A stretch of 39,499 nt of DNA from a virus (taxonomy: Duplodnaviria; Caudoviricetes): the IMG/VR virus record IMGVR_UViG_3300030376_003158, positions 1 through 39,499 of that record; one strand, written 5' to 3'. Of this stretch, positions 1-10,148 are shown piece by piece. Each line of letters starts with the position of its first letter. Within the stretch, counting starts at the first letter, position 1. The position numbers and the translations under genes are program-made. A model generated the notes under the pieces. The model saw nothing but the letters and a program-made list of their open reading frames with translations. It had not been told where the DNA came from and did no database searches.

Positions 1-3000
1 AAAGCCATATTTATGGCAGGGGCAGGTTTGTATGGAGGAATTAAAGGCCTGTATGAAGGCGACCTCAAAGCTGCGGGAAGCGCTTTATATTCAGGTCTTG
101 AAGAAAGCGGCAATGAATTAGGTTTGTTTCTTACTGGTAATATAGAAGTTCCGTGGTTTACAAACAAAGATCTTGAAAGTGCTTTTGATCTAAATGAAGA
201 CAGTTACGTAGATATTTTTGAAGTGTTCGGTACTGAAAATACTTACGGTGTGATGGGTGATATTGCTAACATAGTTGTTGCAGCTGTGACAGATCCGTTG
301 ATGGGTGCTGGCGTTGGTAACAGGTTTTCTCGTAACGTTTTAAGAAACATTGCGACTGACTCTTTATCAGATAGCTCAGCAATAGTTCGTGCTGCAGCTA
401 AGCTAGGAGTTAACGAACCTGTAATAGTTGGTAAAGGTTTTAAGTCTGCCATGATTAATCTTAAGACAGATGGTTGGAAAGCTCTAACTGTTACTGAAAA
501 AAATATAATTGAAAGAGTTGTTAGAGAACAAATAGAAATGGCGTATGAGCAATTCCCTAAAACACGTAGAGTGCAGGGTGCTATAGCTAGAAACGCAAGA
601 GGAATAAATGCTATAGAAAATGATCTAAGAATAGTTTTGAAACAACTAGAGCGTGGAGGCAGAGATGGATTCAGGTACTACGGGAAAACTTTAATACCGG
701 CATCTGCAGTCAGAAGCGGAGTTAATAGATTTGCAGCTGCAAATGCTGGTAATCGTTTCGGTAAATATCAAGCTAAACCAACTAGCCGTAGTGATTTTAT
801 AGTTCATTCTGATGGTAGTGTAACAGAGCTTCCTCCTTTTATGAAGGACCAACCTACATTGTTTGATGAGGCTGCTGAATTTGGCGAGGACATGGTGCAC
901 GATTACAATGTCCTAGCTAAAGAGCAGCTAACTCCTGAGCAGTATCAGGTATTTAAGAACGCCCAAGGTTTTTATGCGACAGATAAAGAAGCTTTTGAAA
1001 TGGCCGCTAAACATTCAGACATGGACCCAGATCTAAGCCCGACTACTCTTAAGGGTTCGGATTCATACAACTTTGACATTTACGAAGACTACTTTCCTAT
1101 GTACTCTATGGGCTACGGAGACGCTCCTACCCCTTGGGCACAAGGAACCCCTACACCTACTAAAAACCAAATAGACTGGTTTAATAGTATGGTTGGTCTT
1201 CAATGGATAAAATATGACTTTTACTTTCCTTTAACAGGTAAGCAGAAAATAACAGAAAAAGCAGCTGGCACAGCAAAAGGTGTTCAAAAAACAGAAGAAT
1301 TTTATCAAGGCCAACTATTCAAGGTAACTGATGAAATAAGTGACGACATCCCTCGCCCTTCCGGTATGGGCAGTGCTACTGAATTTGACAGCACCGTGTC
1401 AAAAATACAAGGAGAAGTGTCAGCAGCAGGTCAAATGGAACTGCCATTCCAAAAGACAGCAGATGATCTAGCAAGATATCTTAGTAACGAGGTGATCTTC
1501 CCCCCTACTCCCGCAGGTCAGGCTGCTAAAGCTGCGTACCTTCAAGAGCTTGTACAGACTGTTAATGCTCCAATTATGCGTTTAGTCATGGAGAAAATGC
1601 CTAGCCTTTCTCAAATGTTTTTCTATCAAAAAGGTTTAATTTCTTCGTTACGTCATAGTTTTTCACCTAGATTTGAAATAGCGCAAAAGCTAGGTAAAGA
1701 AGCTAGTGACGATGTGCGAAACGCAATGGTAAAAGTGGATCAACGAGCGGCTCTAAAGTTCCAGCAGTGGGCTGACAGAGTTTTTAGAGTAGACACTTTC
1801 GGTGGCACGTCTTTAGCTATGAGAGCTAAGCAAGCATGGGAAGGTTTACCAGAACAAATTGTAAAAGGACAGACAGTAGCTAGAAGTTTTGAGATTGGAC
1901 CTAAGTCGTTAATTGGGCAGTTCACTAGCAGTAAAGTTGAACGTGATTTACTGCTGCGAGAGTTTCCTGCAGGCACTGACGTTGGTGATTGGCTTCGTGC
2001 GTTTGACGAGTTGAGAGATGCTATATGGGATATGATACCTAAGAAACTTAAAGAAGCCGCAGAGTTAGATCGGTACGCTTACACCCCTAGAGTTTCATCT
2101 CAAGTGTTTAATAATTTATCTGACCTGCCTGCTAAAGAACGCTTAGCCAGATTTTTGAAAGATGAGATAGTCGGTATACCTCCTAGAGATCAAACAGTTT
2201 TAGCTAAATGGGTTAAAGGTATAGAAGATACGTTTGGTACACAGTTTGTGAACTCACAGTATTTTCAAAACTTAATAATAAAAGTTAGCAAGCAATTTGC
2301 AAAAGATGTTGAGGGTGCCGGAAGAGCCGCTACATCAGTCGGAGATGTCTTCACAAAGCAAAGAAGCATAGCTCCTGAAATACAAGATCTTATAATGGTA
2401 AACAAAGAGTTTAGAGACTATATTGTTAAAGTGTTTAGCGATGACTTAGCCACCATGAGGAACGTTGTAGGTTTTCAATGGGCGGACGAAATGGAAGGGG
2501 TAGTTAAGCTAGCAAAAGACCCAGAAAAATTAACTGATTTATTTTCCACTAACTACTTAGATGCTTGGACAGTCAGAACTAAGGCTGCTTACAACGCCCA
2601 CATGATGAGCGATTACTTAGGTGAGCTTCTTAACGTGACCGATGAAATAGGACACCCCGTTGCTAGGAAGATGACGTTGAATCAAAAGCAAATAGACGAC
2701 ATTGCTGAAACAGGTATGACAGGCGGCATGGACGATACAGGTCAATACTTCCTAGGGCAAGGAAGAGACGATCAGTTTGTAGGGCCATTTAACACTGTGC
2801 AACCAGAGTACGTTCCTTTAAGGAATGCCGATGGTCGGATGGTCAGAGACTTCATGGAAGATAATAGTATGATTTTTGTCAGAAAAGAAGTTGCAGATGA
2901 CGCTATTAAGATATTTGATTTACTGCAGAACACAGAAAGCCAGAAAGCCCTTAAAGCTATAGTACAAACACAGTCAGATAGGTGGGCTAGGTTCGCACTT

Positions 3001-5442
3001 TTAAGCCCTGCGTTTATTACCAGAAACGCACAGAGCAACATGCTGTTAGCTTACCTTGGAGGTTTACGTAACCCTGCTCATATCATAACATCTATGAAAT
3101 TACAGAAACTCAGGACTGAAGCTAGACTTTTACAAAGAAAAACTGGTAAGGATTTAGACGAGATATATGAAGAGTTTATTGCAACGGGTAGAATGTCAAG
3201 CACTGATGTTGAACTGTTAAAAGAACTAAACACTTACGGCGTGTACAACACACAAGCAGACGACATATTTTCTACGGTTGATCTAGGTAAGTACAACATT
3301 ACAAAAGCAGCTAGGTCAGTAAACTCAGCAGTTGAAAACAACGCTAGAGGTGCATTGTTTTTATCAGGTAGAGCGCAAGGCATGGACGCAGCTACTGCAT
3401 CTATAAACACTAGAAAATACTTGTTTGACTATAAAGATTTGACACCAGCAGAGCAAGCGATACGAGACAGGTTCAGCCGTTTCTACACGTTCTTTAGGAA
3501 GAACACTACTGTGCAGATAGGCGCAGCTTTGACAATGCCAGCACGTGTTGCTAGTGCTGCTAGAATTGAAAAAGCTTTTACAGACAACATGACTGAGTTT
3601 TTCTTAGGAGAGCAACCTACTAAGGCAGGTGAGTCAAGGACACCGTTACCTTACTGGGCAGTCATGGCTGGTATGCGTGACTACAACGGCACTTTAATAG
3701 GTATGGACGCTCCTTTGACATCTGCGTATCAAACACTATCAGCTATAACAGGCGTGCCTGTGTTGGCTTATCAAGGGTTAAGGTGGCTTTCTGAAAAGAA
3801 CTTACCTAAGACTGATATAAGTTTTAATGATATACCTTTTACTAACAAATTCTGGGCTTTCTCAGACCCGATAATGAATATGTTTGGAGCTGATAGAGAC
3901 ATGGCTGAAAGGCTTAGAAACACAGTAGGACTGTTCTCAGGTTGGGGTCCAAACATTATTATGACAACTGCTAACTTAGTCAGCGGAGTCAACTGGTTTA
4001 CTAGAGGAAAGATAGATACACCTTCAGAAACTTTTGCCCAAGTATCAAACATATTTAACCCTGCTATAGCTAGAGTAATGACTTATCAGAAGCACTTGAC
4101 TAGCGACAGGGACGCCATGCTTAACATAATGAATATACTAGGGGGCTTTAGAGTTTATGACCCCGTAAAGTTGGAAGGGTCGCAGTATTATTCTCTTAGT
4201 AATTTATTGAACCAAATTAAAGAGTATCTTCCAGAAGAAATGAGGCCGTCAACCGAAGAGGTTAGGGCTTTAGGCTACTTGCAGGCTCAGTCTAGTTTAT
4301 GGTCTGACTTAGTTTACGGCAGGTTTGTTGATTATGATGATGACGGCAGGGTAGATGTTGTGCCTCCCGAAGAGTTCTGGCCTACGCTTATGGAGAAGAT
4401 AGGGCTGTGGACTCCTGAAGAAGGCGAGTACGCTCATTCTAATTACTTTACTAAGGTAGGTGACAACCTTGACTTGACTACTCCAGCAGGTAGAGATGCT
4501 TTGGATAGACAAACACAAATACTAGGCAAACAAATAGCTGATTTAATGGTTGCTTGGCATCAGATGCCAGAAGATATAGCTTCAAGAGACATACTCTTTC
4601 CGAACTTAGAAACATTAAATATGTTAGACCCTACGCTTATTTACAGAATGGCTATGGCAGCTCAAAGTCTACCCACGCAAGAAGCTGCGTGGCAGACACA
4701 AGATAGTTTATTTATGAAGAATGCTTTTATAGAAGAGGGAGAACCTCCTACAGGTAGCGGTGCTGTAGGAGCTGCAAAGGCTGTAGAAGTAGCATTGGAA
4801 TTGACTGGCGCTTCTCCAGAAACTATTGAAGCTATCAAAACCATGTTTCCTGTGACAAATACAGTTACGATGTACTTGGAAATGGCAGACAACGCAATAG
4901 CTGAAGGAATAATTACTAAAGATGATAAAAGAGATTGGCTAATTGAAAACGTAGCATCTAACACTCAGCTGATAATATATAACTCTCTGCAGGCGCTATC
5001 AGAACAAGAAGTCGGAATAACTGGACAAGCATTAGGTTTCGTACAGGGGGTTGAAGAACAATATAAAGTAGATAGTCAAGTAGAGCTACTGTCGTTTGAA
5101 GAAGTAGAAACAATGCTAGAGCGTGGAAGATTCGTGCACATGAATAATATAATGGCGATTATGGATTCTTTGGGTCAACCCTTAACAGAGAAAGAAAGGC
5201 AGATAATACTAGAGAATGTCATGGCTAGTGAATCAGGATTAGGTGCAGATTATCTGCTAGCTTACGACATGATTTCACGAGAAACGTGGAACAGGATTAG
5301 AACTAACTCAGGCATGACTGTTGATATTGACCAAGAATCAGTGAATATATACAATCAATGGCAGAATGCAGAGACAATGAGAGACGCTACCGAAGCAGTA
5401 CTTGCTAAGAACAGGTTTGCTATGGATTCGCCGCTGAATTAA
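1..5442 (+). CDS. C-terminal 1809+ aa of a giant (~2202 aa) putative internal virion / DNA ejection protein; begins at 38304 and crosses the contig junction
   Basis: ATG at 13 equals ATG at 39483 in the terminal overlap and is in frame with ATG 38304; last gene of the structural arm; segment FDYKDLTPAEQAIRDRFSRFYTFFRKN resembles large phage internal proteins. Confidence 0.65.
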   Translation, partial: KAIFMAGAGLYGGIKGLYEGDLKAAGSALYSGLEESGNELGLFLTGNIEVPWFTNKDLESAFDLNEDSYVDIFEVFGTENTYGVMGDIANIVVAAVTDPLMGAGVGNRFSRNVLRNIATDSLSDSSAIVRAAAKLGVNEPVIVGKGFKSAMINLKTDGWKALTVTEKNIIERVVREQIEMAYEQFPKTRRVQGAIARNARGINAIENDLRIVLKQLERGGRDGFRYYGKTLIPASAVRSGVNRFAAANAGNRFGKYQAKPTSRSDFIVHSDGSVTELPPFMKDQPTLFDEAAEFGEDMVHDYNVLAKEQLTPEQYQVFKNAQGFYATDKEAFEMAAKHSDMDPDLSPTTLKGSDSYNFDIYEDYFPMYSMGYGDAPTPWAQGTPTPTKNQIDWFNSMVGLQWIKYDFYFPLTGKQKITEKAAGTAKGVQKTEEFYQGQLFKVTDEISDDIPRPSGMGSATEFDSTVSKIQGEVSAAGQMELPFQKTADDLARYLSNEVIFPPTPAGQAAKAAYLQELVQTVNAPIMRLVMEKMPSLSQMFFYQKGLISSLRHSFSPRFEIAQKLGKEASDDVRNAMVKVDQRAALKFQQWADRVFRVDTFGGTSLAMRAKQAWEGLPEQIVKGQTVARSFEIGPKSLIGQFTSSKVERDLLLREFPAGTDVGDWLRAFDELRDAIWDMIPKKLKEAAELDRYAYTPRVSSQVFNNLSDLPAKERLARFLKDEIVGIPPRDQTVLAKWVKGIEDTFGTQFVNSQYFQNLIIKVSKQFAKDVEGAGRAATSVGDVFTKQRSIAPEIQDLIMVNKEFRDYIVKVFSDDLATMRNVVGFQWADEMEGVVKLAKDPEKLTDLFSTNYLDAWTVRTKAAYNAHMMSDYLGELLNVTDEIGHPVARKMTLNQKQIDDIAETGMTGGMDDTGQYFLGQGRDDQFVGPFNTVQPEYVPLRNADGRMVRDFMEDNSMIFVRKEVADDAIKIFDLLQNTESQKALKAIVQTQSDRWARFALLSPAFITRNAQSNMLLAYLGGLRNPAHIITSMKLQKLRTEARLLQRKTGKDLDEIYEEFIATGRMSSTDVELLKELNTYGVYNTQADDIFSTVDLGKYNITKAARSVNSAVENNARGALFLSGRAQGMDAATASINTRKYLFDYKDLTPAEQAIRDRFSRFYTFFRKNTTVQIGAALTMPARVASAARIEKAFTDNMTEFFLGEQPTKAGESRTPLPYWAVMAGMRDYNGTLIGMDAPLTSAYQTLSAITGVPVLAYQGLRWLSEKNLPKTDISFNDIPFTNKFWAFSDPIMNMFGADRDMAERLRNTVGLFSGWGPNIIMTTANLVSGVNWFTRGKIDTPSETFAQVSNIFNPAIARVMTYQKHLTSDRDAMLNIMNILGGFRVYDPVKLEGSQYYSLSNLLNQIKEYLPEEMRPSTEEVRALGYLQAQSSLWSDLVYGRFVDYDDDGRVDVVPPEEFWPTLMEKIGLWTPEEGEYAHSNYFTKVGDNLDLTTPAGRDALDRQTQILGKQIADLMVAWHQMPEDIASRDILFPNLETLNMLDPTLIYRMAMAAQSLPTQEAAWQTQDSLFMKNAFIEEGEPPTGSGAVGAAKAVEVALELTGASPETIEAIKTMFPVTNTVTMYLEMADNAIAEGIITKDDKRDWLIENVASNTQLIIYNSLQALSEQEVGITGQALGFVQGVEEQYKVDSQVELLSFEEVETMLERGRFVHMNNIMAIMDSLGQPLTEKERQIILENVMASESGLGADYLLAYDMISRETWNRIRTNSGMTVDIDQESVNIYNQWQNAETMRDATEAVLAKNRFAMDSPLN
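2..26 (+). repeat. Terminal overlap copy 1 (circular assembly)
   Basis: AAGCCATATTTATGGCAGGGGCAGG identical to 39472-39496. Confidence 0.92.
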
Positions 5443-6172
5443 CATGACTACGTTTACGCTCGCTAAAGTAATGACCATTCTCGCACATGTATTGTTTATA
5501 CTCTATACCAGATTTAGTTCTTCTGTTGCCACGTTTTTGAAACTTAAATGAGCCACACCTAGGGCATACTAAATCTTGACACTCAGCTGTCAAAACATTT
5601 GGATGGCTCTTGACAAACGGGAGAATACGTTTGTAGACTTTACGTAGCAGTACTACGTCTTGGCGGTTGTATTTTTTCATTGATGCCCACGCTTTACGGT
5701 TACCGCTCATACACCCTAACCACATCTTAAAGCCTTGATGCTCTACTTTCTTGCCTAGTTTTAAGTGCTGGCCTAACGAGTCTAAGTTGTTAGCGTTAAA
5801 CTGGAACGCTGACCTAGCCATCTTTAATGTGTCTATAGAGATGTAAGGAGTTGGCGCTCCCATATCATGTGCTACAAACCTAGCGTTTAGTTTCTTTAGA
5901 TCAAACCTATCACCGTTGTGGGCTACCACAAAATCTGCTTTATCTAAAAGATCCCACACTCTAGTAAGCAACTCTTTGTCATCACGATAATCATATTTCG
6001 TAACGTTCTTAGGGTACACGTCTTTGACTTTGCCTTCATGTTCCCACATGTAGCACATTCCTAGTAGTCGCCATTCCTGTATAAACTCAATAACGTTCTG
6101 GTCCCACTTACCCCACGTATAGCCTACGTTAGGTGACGTCTCAATGTCAAGATAAAGAATTTTTGCAAGCAT
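5420..6172 (-). CDS. RNase H-like (DEDD) 3'-5' exonuclease with C-terminal zinc ribbon
   Basis: ExoI LDIETS, ExoII AHNGDRFD, ExoIII YNRQDV; CPRC...CENGH at the C-terminus. Confidence 0.85.
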   Translation of the reverse strand: MLAKILYLDIETSPNVGYTWGKWDQNVIEFIQEWRLLGMCYMWEHEGKVKDVYPKNVTKYDYRDDKELLTRVWDLLDKADFVVAHNGDRFDLKKLNARFVAHDMGAPTPYISIDTLKMARSAFQFNANNLDSLGQHLKLGKKVEHQGFKMWLGCMSGNRKAWASMKKYNRQDVVLLRKVYKRILPFVKSHPNVLTAECQDLVCPRCGSFKFQKRGNRRTKSGIEYKQYMCENGHYFSERKRSHVNSAANP

Positions 6173-6352
6173 TTAACGGGGAATCTGTCTCGGCAATACT
6201 TCTTCTAGCTCTTCTATTCTTCTTTCGTGGTCTTTTAAAGTAGCAAACATACCACTAGTTTGTTGGCGTATGTCCCATATCTGCTTAGAAATCCATGCAC
6301 ACCACGGGCCTGCTACACCTAATCCTATGCTAAACGCTACTTCTAGTTCCAT
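6173..6352 (-). CDS. 59-aa membrane/coiled-coil protein, putative lysis accessory (holin-like); not in ORF track
   Basis: MELEVAFSIGLGVAGPWCAWISKQIW...LKDHERRIEELEE; fills the gap between amidase stop and exonuclease start. Confidence 0.6.
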   Translation of the reverse strand: MELEVAFSIGLGVAGPWCAWISKQIWDIRQQTSGMFATLKDHERRIEELEEVLPRQIPR

Positions 6353-6353
6353 G

Positions 6354-6947
6354 TTATGCTTTCGTTAGTTGGTCTATGACTTTATCTATAGCTGTTTTAG
6401 CTTTATTTAATTCTGACAGTAGTGTGTCATCTTTCGGTAATGCTTTTGGTTGTTTGACAGCTTTTCGTATACTATCCAGTGTACCATATAAGTACTCACC
6501 ACAGCATTTCGTAGCGGCTACGTCCCTGTGTGCTAGTATCTTCACATCTTTACGTATAGAGCCTCGCTCTATGCCTTCTACTATCCAATCTCCTATAGCT
6601 TTAACCATAGCTCCGGTAGGTAGTTCTGTTTCAAAGTTCCCTATAGCGCAGATACTAAGAGACTTGCGGTCATGTTTGTAGCCTGCGGCTCCGCCTTGCC
6701 TGTCCCAACCACGCCCCTCATACACAGTTCCTGACTGCCCTACTCCAAAGTTGTACGCTATATCCGTCCAACCTCTAGTAGCCATGTGGTATAGCTGTAT
6801 GTTTTTCCACTGCTTAGCTTCTTCTGTCCAGCCTGTTACTGAGTGATGTATGTGTACTTCTTTGACAGGGTAGACAGGTAGCTTGTATATCTTTTTAGCG
6901 TTATTAGCGTGCCAATGCTTGCGACTTATAATGTTCAAAATACTCAT
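6354..6947 (-). CDS. N-acetylmuramoyl-L-alanine amidase endolysin (PGRP/Amidase_2 type)
   Basis: IHHS, GWTDIAYNF, YEGRGW, AHRDV..TKC zinc-amidase motifs. Confidence 0.9.
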   Translation of the reverse strand: MSILNIISRKHWHANNAKKIYKLPVYPVKEVHIHHSVTGWTEEAKQWKNIQLYHMATRGWTDIAYNFGVGQSGTVYEGRGWDRQGGAAGYKHDRKSLSICAIGNFETELPTGAMVKAIGDWIVEGIERGSIRKDVKILAHRDVAATKCCGEYLYGTLDSIRKAVKQPKALPKDDTLLSELNKAKTAIDKVIDQLTKA

Positions 6948-9370
6948 TCCTCAATTCTAGCATACGGTATCTCTAATACACGTATTTGCCTGCCTGCAAA
7001 TCGTTTTCTTTTCTCTTCAGCACCGTACACGTCTATCAAATAGTCTTTCAATCCACGTGTATTCGTGACAGGTAGTGTAAACGTGCCTGCTTTACGTATC
7101 TCTACTAGTAGTGAGTCGGCAGATATACATATCATATCGTTGTCGTCTTTCCATACACAACCCAGCCCTGACTCCATAGCCCATAGTACTGCGTCTAGTA
7201 TCGGGTTTTCTGATGCGGCTGTTGCCGCTTTCTCCCTAACCATTGACACGTCTATGTCAGGTATTTGTAAGGCAGGGTACGCCGACTCTACAAAGTCTCT
7301 TAGGTAACGCCAGCCCAAATCAATAAACCCCAAGTTGTAACGTTGCCTGTCATTCAATGACGTGTCAGAGTGTAGCTGTACTTTAGGGTCGTGATCGTTA
7401 GAGGCTATCCATGACAAATAAGAGTGTGCAAATCCTGCAGTATCTACTGACGATATAGTGTCAAGTGAACCTTTCTTTCGTTTAGTTAACCGCAGTAGTA
7501 TTGACCTGTCAGTTAAACTAGTCTCTATGACGCTATCTTCCCCTGAGACGACCACAGGCACGTCACTAGCGTACGATATAAGTCTCTGCTTGTTCTCGTA
7601 TGCTCCGCCTTTTTGGCTCCTCTGGCCCGTGTAGGCGTCTCTAAGCATCTGATCTAGTTGTTGCTTAGCATCTTGTCGTGCTCCAAACCTGTACTCATCA
7701 AACCAAATAGGGAATGCGTTACTAGCCCCAAAGAAACTAGCCACTGCGTGTGCTGTGGTGTTAGTCAAAGTAGCATTTATACTTGAACCACTAAAGACTT
7801 CTAGTACTTTCTCAACAAGTGTAGTCTTTCCCGTTCCTGAAGCACCAGACACTACTAGCGAAGGGAACTGCTTAAACAAAGGACGTATCGGCGCCAACGC
7901 TAGCCACGCTAAGAAGGGTGTCATCACATCACTAGAGTACATCTCCATCAAACCATGTAGTACTGCTGGTGTATTGACGGGGTTATTGACTACGCTTATC
8001 TTACCTTTAACATCTATGTCATTTAATGGTGGAACGTACGTCCATGAGTCTGTGCCTAAATGCCCGTCATGCCACACTATATCTCCGCTGTGGTATCCCA
8101 CCCTGCTGGTCATACGTCCTTCAGGGACTAGAAAGCTGTCGTGCTGTAGCAGTTGCAGTAGCTTATCATGATCTTGTGCACTCCCTGTCCACGCTACTTG
8201 ATTACTAATACACCAACGAACTAGGGAAGCACGTGAACTTAAAGCATCTGACGGTAGAACCACTACCTTATTTGTAGGCAGTAGCACCCCCTCAAAAGCT
8301 TCTTGACCTTCATCCCCTACTAAACGTTTGTTAAGTAGTAAACTCCAATTTGACACCGGCGTGTCATTTTCTCCTCGCACCTTAACATACTGATTAAGTC
8401 TTCTCACCAGACCTTCAGGTTTAGGCATCTGCACTAGCGCTCTATCAGGTAAAGACGCTACCTCTTTCGGAGACATACTAGCTATGTCGGCACCATCCGG
8501 CATAGGTATGTTGTATATCTTACAGTTATGTGCTGACAAATACCTGTGCCATTTGCTTAAAGCGTTTCTACCCGCTTCGTCTCCATCAAATGCCATGTAA
8601 ATTGTACGACCAGCCAGTGCCTCTGCGCCGAGCTTCTCAGGTTGGTGTCCTGCCCCTGCTACACCTAGAGCATGGAAGGAGGTAAGGTGTGCTTGAGCGG
8701 CCCAACAATCAGTCTCGCCCTCACAGAGCATCACTGGCTGGTCTTCGTGTGAGTCCCCCAACTTCCATAAACCATACAGCACCATGTTAGCTCCTTTAGC
8801 GTTTAGTTTGGTACCGTCAGGTTTACGAATTTTGTAACCCACAAGATCTTTTTCGTCCATGTAAGGAACTAGTACGTCATTACCGTCTGAAGATAACTGC
8901 CATTCCTTAACCAAATACTCTGGGTTAAGGTGAGCTATCGCAGGGTGAGAGTCTATCATTCTCCAGAGCATAGCGTTTACCGCATTGACAGCGTTGCTAC
9001 GTCCCCTAGCTAGGTAGTCGTGGGCTGACTCGTAGTCAAACTCTTTCTTAGCTTCTACTAAGGTAGGGTTCTCGTACCTGTCAACCTTCTGTTTGACGAC
9101 CAGCTCATAGGCTTTATCTATAGCTTCCTTGTCTGTCAATGACTCAAAGCGTTGCACTAAATCTATGCTACTGCCTTGTGTCCCTTCAGCAAAGTCGCCC
9201 CACCGCCAACCTCTTTCTGAGTCGTACCACACGTCAAATGACGGGTTGTTGTCAACTCTGAAAGGGTTGTGGTATTTAATCCTTGAGCTAGTTTGTTCTA
9301 CTGCATGGTGCCCGTACTGCTCCATCACGTATGGAACAGCTAACAGGTGTCTAAGATCTGATAACTCCAT
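6944..9370 (-). CDS. Primase-helicase (degenerate zinc-binding domain, TOPRIM, C-terminal P-loop helicase, DUF927/Cch-like)
   Basis: TOPRIM LCEGETD and FDGDEAG; Walker A GASGTGKTT; Walker B IWFDE. Confidence 0.85.
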   Translation of the reverse strand: MELSDLRHLLAVPYVMEQYGHHAVEQTSSRIKYHNPFRVDNNPSFDVWYDSERGWRWGDFAEGTQGSSIDLVQRFESLTDKEAIDKAYELVVKQKVDRYENPTLVEAKKEFDYESAHDYLARGRSNAVNAVNAMLWRMIDSHPAIAHLNPEYLVKEWQLSSDGNDVLVPYMDEKDLVGYKIRKPDGTKLNAKGANMVLYGLWKLGDSHEDQPVMLCEGETDCWAAQAHLTSFHALGVAGAGHQPEKLGAEALAGRTIYMAFDGDEAGRNALSKWHRYLSAHNCKIYNIPMPDGADIASMSPKEVASLPDRALVQMPKPEGLVRRLNQYVKVRGENDTPVSNWSLLLNKRLVGDEGQEAFEGVLLPTNKVVVLPSDALSSRASLVRWCISNQVAWTGSAQDHDKLLQLLQHDSFLVPEGRMTSRVGYHSGDIVWHDGHLGTDSWTYVPPLNDIDVKGKISVVNNPVNTPAVLHGLMEMYSSDVMTPFLAWLALAPIRPLFKQFPSLVVSGASGTGKTTLVEKVLEVFSGSSINATLTNTTAHAVASFFGASNAFPIWFDEYRFGARQDAKQQLDQMLRDAYTGQRSQKGGAYENKQRLISYASDVPVVVSGEDSVIETSLTDRSILLRLTKRKKGSLDTISSVDTAGFAHSYLSWIASNDHDPKVQLHSDTSLNDRQRYNLGFIDLGWRYLRDFVESAYPALQIPDIDVSMVREKAATAASENPILDAVLWAMESGLGCVWKDDNDMICISADSLLVEIRKAGTFTLPVTNTRGLKDYLIDVYGAEEKRKRFAGRQIRVLEIPYARIEE

Positions 9371-9864
9371 TAAAAATCAAAGTCATCTTCTTCTGTAGTT
9401 TCTTCAGTAACTACTACTGTGTTGCTAGAACCGGCAGATTCGTAGGTGTGATCTGCCCATAACTTTGCGCTATCGTTCTTATCTTGTTTGTATTTAGCTT
9501 TGACCTTGACTGCGTTGCCACTGTTCTTTGCAATTTCTGACAACTGTTCGTCAGAAAGTTCCTGATCTAGTACGTCAATCGTAAGACCGATAAGCTCTAA
9601 GTAATGAAAAGTCCTAGCATCAATCTTAGGATACTGTTGTGTTAGGTTCCAGTTGTCCCAGAACTTCTTACCTTGATCGTCACCTTCTGTGACAGTAAAC
9701 ATTACTCCCCATCTAGGAAGACCTGTCCTTGTAGTAGACGCTCTCACCAGTGAAGCGGAAACAGTGTAGGTTTCGCCCTCTACAGGCTCCCAATTATCAC
9801 CGCTAAAGGAAGAGATGTCTTCATTCTTTGATTGATCGTATAGATCTCTGAGTGATAAGCTCAT
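9370..9864 (-). CDS. Putative single-stranded DNA-binding protein (DUF669/gp2.5-like)
   Basis: Beta-rich body, acidic aromatic-ended tail EETTEEDDFDF, located between Sak4-like ATPase and primase. Confidence 0.7.
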   Translation of the reverse strand: MSLSLRDLYDQSKNEDISSFSGDNWEPVEGETYTVSASLVRASTTRTGLPRWGVMFTVTEGDDQGKKFWDNWNLTQQYPKIDARTFHYLELIGLTIDVLDQELSDEQLSEIAKNSGNAVKVKAKYKQDKNDSAKLWADHTYESAGSSNTVVVTEETTEEDDFDF

Positions 9865-10148
9865 TCTTTTTCTCCTATTGTTGTTGTATCCTTTAAGCCA
9901 AGTGCTTCTGCTAATTCTAAGTCACATACTATAGGCATTACGGCTATGTTATCCACGCCTTTTACCTGCAGTATTAACTCTAATGTGCATATCTCACCCA
10001 ACTCTGGGAAATTTACATTCTCGCCCCGATCTACGTATGCGCCTACCATAATAGCGGGCATCATAACCGGAGCGTTTTTTATATCTAAAGCCTCTTCTAA
10101 TTCCTTAGCGTCAACTTCAAGAACTTCATTGTCACTTGGCGTTTGCAT
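9861..10148 (-). CDS. Hypothetical acidic protein
   Basis: Overlaps both neighbours, with an SD-like GAAGGAGAG upstream. Confidence 0.65.
   Translation of the reverse strand: MQTPSDNEVLEVDAKELEEALDIKNAPVMMPAIMVGAYVDRGENVNFPELGEICTLELILQVKGVDNIAVMPIVCDLELAEALGLKDTTTIGEKE

Noticed and set aside
2-26. Terminal repeat as a biological direct terminal repeat
   Set aside because: It falls inside a coding sequence and is best explained as assembly overlap
1-5442. Giant ORF as virion RNA polymerase or tape measure protein
   Set aside because: No DxDGD or T7/N4-type polymerase motifs recognised; no tail tube or tail assembly chaperone genes; context fits podovirus ejection proteins
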